Notes under the pieces: generated by a model | Told to the model about the DNA's origin: nothing | Databases searched by the model: none | Seen by the model: the letters and a program-made list of their open reading frames with translations, nothing else | Shown: piece after piece, positions 31,480 through 32,000 of the stretch | Layout: each line of letters opens with the position of its first letter | How positions within the stretch are numbered: the stretch's first letter is position 1 | Translations under genes and position numbers: made by a program | Assembly (NCBI RefSeq): GCF_001412615.1 | Contig: NZ_CP013011.1 | Location: 1,530,001 to 1,562,000 of the forward strand | Length of the DNA: 32,000 nt | Origin: Pyrodictium delaneyi | GTDB taxonomy: Archaea > Thermoproteota > Thermoprotei_A > Sulfolobales > Pyrodictiaceae | Reading direction: 5' to 3'

Positions 31480-31549
31480 ACTGGGGTATCACCGGACTAT
31501 CGCCGTCTCCCAGAAGGGTACATGTGGAATAGAAAACGGGGCTCCGGGG

Positions 31550-32000
31550 CTAAGCTGGTGGGCTTGAGCTAGGCTGTACCAGCGGGAAGTCCACGATCTT
31601 CGCCTTGTAGCGTTTGCCGCGCCTCTCTATCTCCACGTTGAGGCCCATCAAGGCGTGGCTAGGCTTGATGTAGGCCTGTGCTAGACTCCGCTTCAGCATG
31701 GGGCTATAGGCTCCACTGGTCACATAGCCTATCTCAATATCGTCTATGTATATCTTGTCTCCCTGCCGTGGCACTATGCGGGCCTTCTTGCCGAGCTTGA
31801 GGCCAACACGTACCTTTGCTGCGCCGCGGCGTAGTGCCTCGCGGAGCGCCTGGCAGCCTACACAGTCCTGCTTGGGGCCGGGCTGGAATACCCACCAGTA
31901 CCTGGCATCTACCGGTGTAGTCTCCTCGTCTATCTCGTGTCCGTAGAGTACGAAGCCTACCTCCATGCGGAGGCTGTCGCGCGCGCCCAGCCCGCAAAGC
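31550..32000 (-). CDS. gcvT: Glycine cleavage system T protein (aminomethyltransferase), C-terminal part; the gene continues beyond the window
   Basis: The frame stays open upstream of the track Met to nt 32000 and reads LCGLGARDSLRMEVGFVLYGHEIDEETTP, which is the conserved GcvT GLGARDSLRLEAG..YGHE motif. The C-terminus reads GYVTSGAYSPMLKRSLAQAYI...VEIERRGKRYKAKIVDFPLV. Confidence 0.85.
   Translation of the reverse strand, partial: LCGLGARDSLRMEVGFVLYGHEIDEETTPVDARYWWVFQPGPKQDCVGCQALREALRRGAAKVRVGLKLGKKARIVPRQGDKIYIDDIEIGYVTSGAYSPMLKRSLAQAYIKPSHALMGLNVEIERRGKRYKAKIVDFPLVQPSSSPPA

Noticed and set aside
1-32000. I looked for CRISPR arrays, IS elements or transposases, integrases, rRNA genes and canonical tRNA genes.
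   Set aside because: I saw no regularly spaced direct repeats, no terminal inverted repeats flanking an ORF, no transposase or integrase motifs in any ORF, and no GTTCRAATC-type T-loop in an acceptor-stem context on either strand.

Overview
The window reads as a chromosomal segment from a hyperthermophilic crenarchaeon. This is an inference from four things: a Sulfolobus-type single-OB SSB, frequent GTG/TTG starts, GGTGA/GAGGTGA Shine-Dalgarno motifs only inside operons, and GC-rich islands sitting in AT-rich spacers. About 30 protein genes are supportable and most are on the minus strand.

Gene content in order:
- A 5'-truncated pterin-binding (DHPS-like) gene.
- A glycerophosphodiester phosphodiesterase.
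- A four-gene leucine-type cluster: IPMS-family synthase, LeuC, LeuD and a beta-decarboxylating dehydrogenase.
- A long KamA-family radical SAM enzyme.
- An orphan importer-type ABC ATPase followed by a sequon-rich membrane protein.
- A PAP2 membrane enzyme.
- A radical SAM protein with a helix-hairpin-helix tail.
- A serA-like dehydrogenase and a class V aminotransferase forming an operon.
- A stand-alone DUF5591 (ArcS C1-like) protein.
- A crcB gene and a DUF190 gene, forming a fluoride module.
- An Opp/Dpp-type ABC operon whose 1021-aa binding protein ends in a glutamine-rich coiled coil and a TM anchor.
- Two divergent membrane proteins, each with TM helices at both ends.
- ssb, cdd, gatB, one hypothetical gene, and a gcvT that runs off the 3' edge.

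I found no rRNA, convincing tRNA, CRISPR array, IS element or integrase.

The leads I rate highest:
1. The leucine-type cluster carries citrate/isocitrate-type residues. It may be a Re-citrate synthase to 2-oxoglutarate branch built from leucine-pathway paralogues.
2. Three orphan enzymes lie within 10 kb: the long KamA-like protein, the HhH radical SAM protein and the stand-alone DUF5591 protein.
3. The binding protein appears to sit on a coiled-coil stalk.
4. Two GC-rich structured islands have promoter-like and terminator-like flanks and are candidate small RNAs (about 18148-18258 minus, 31383-31479 plus).

All functional calls come from reading motifs by eye. No searches were run.
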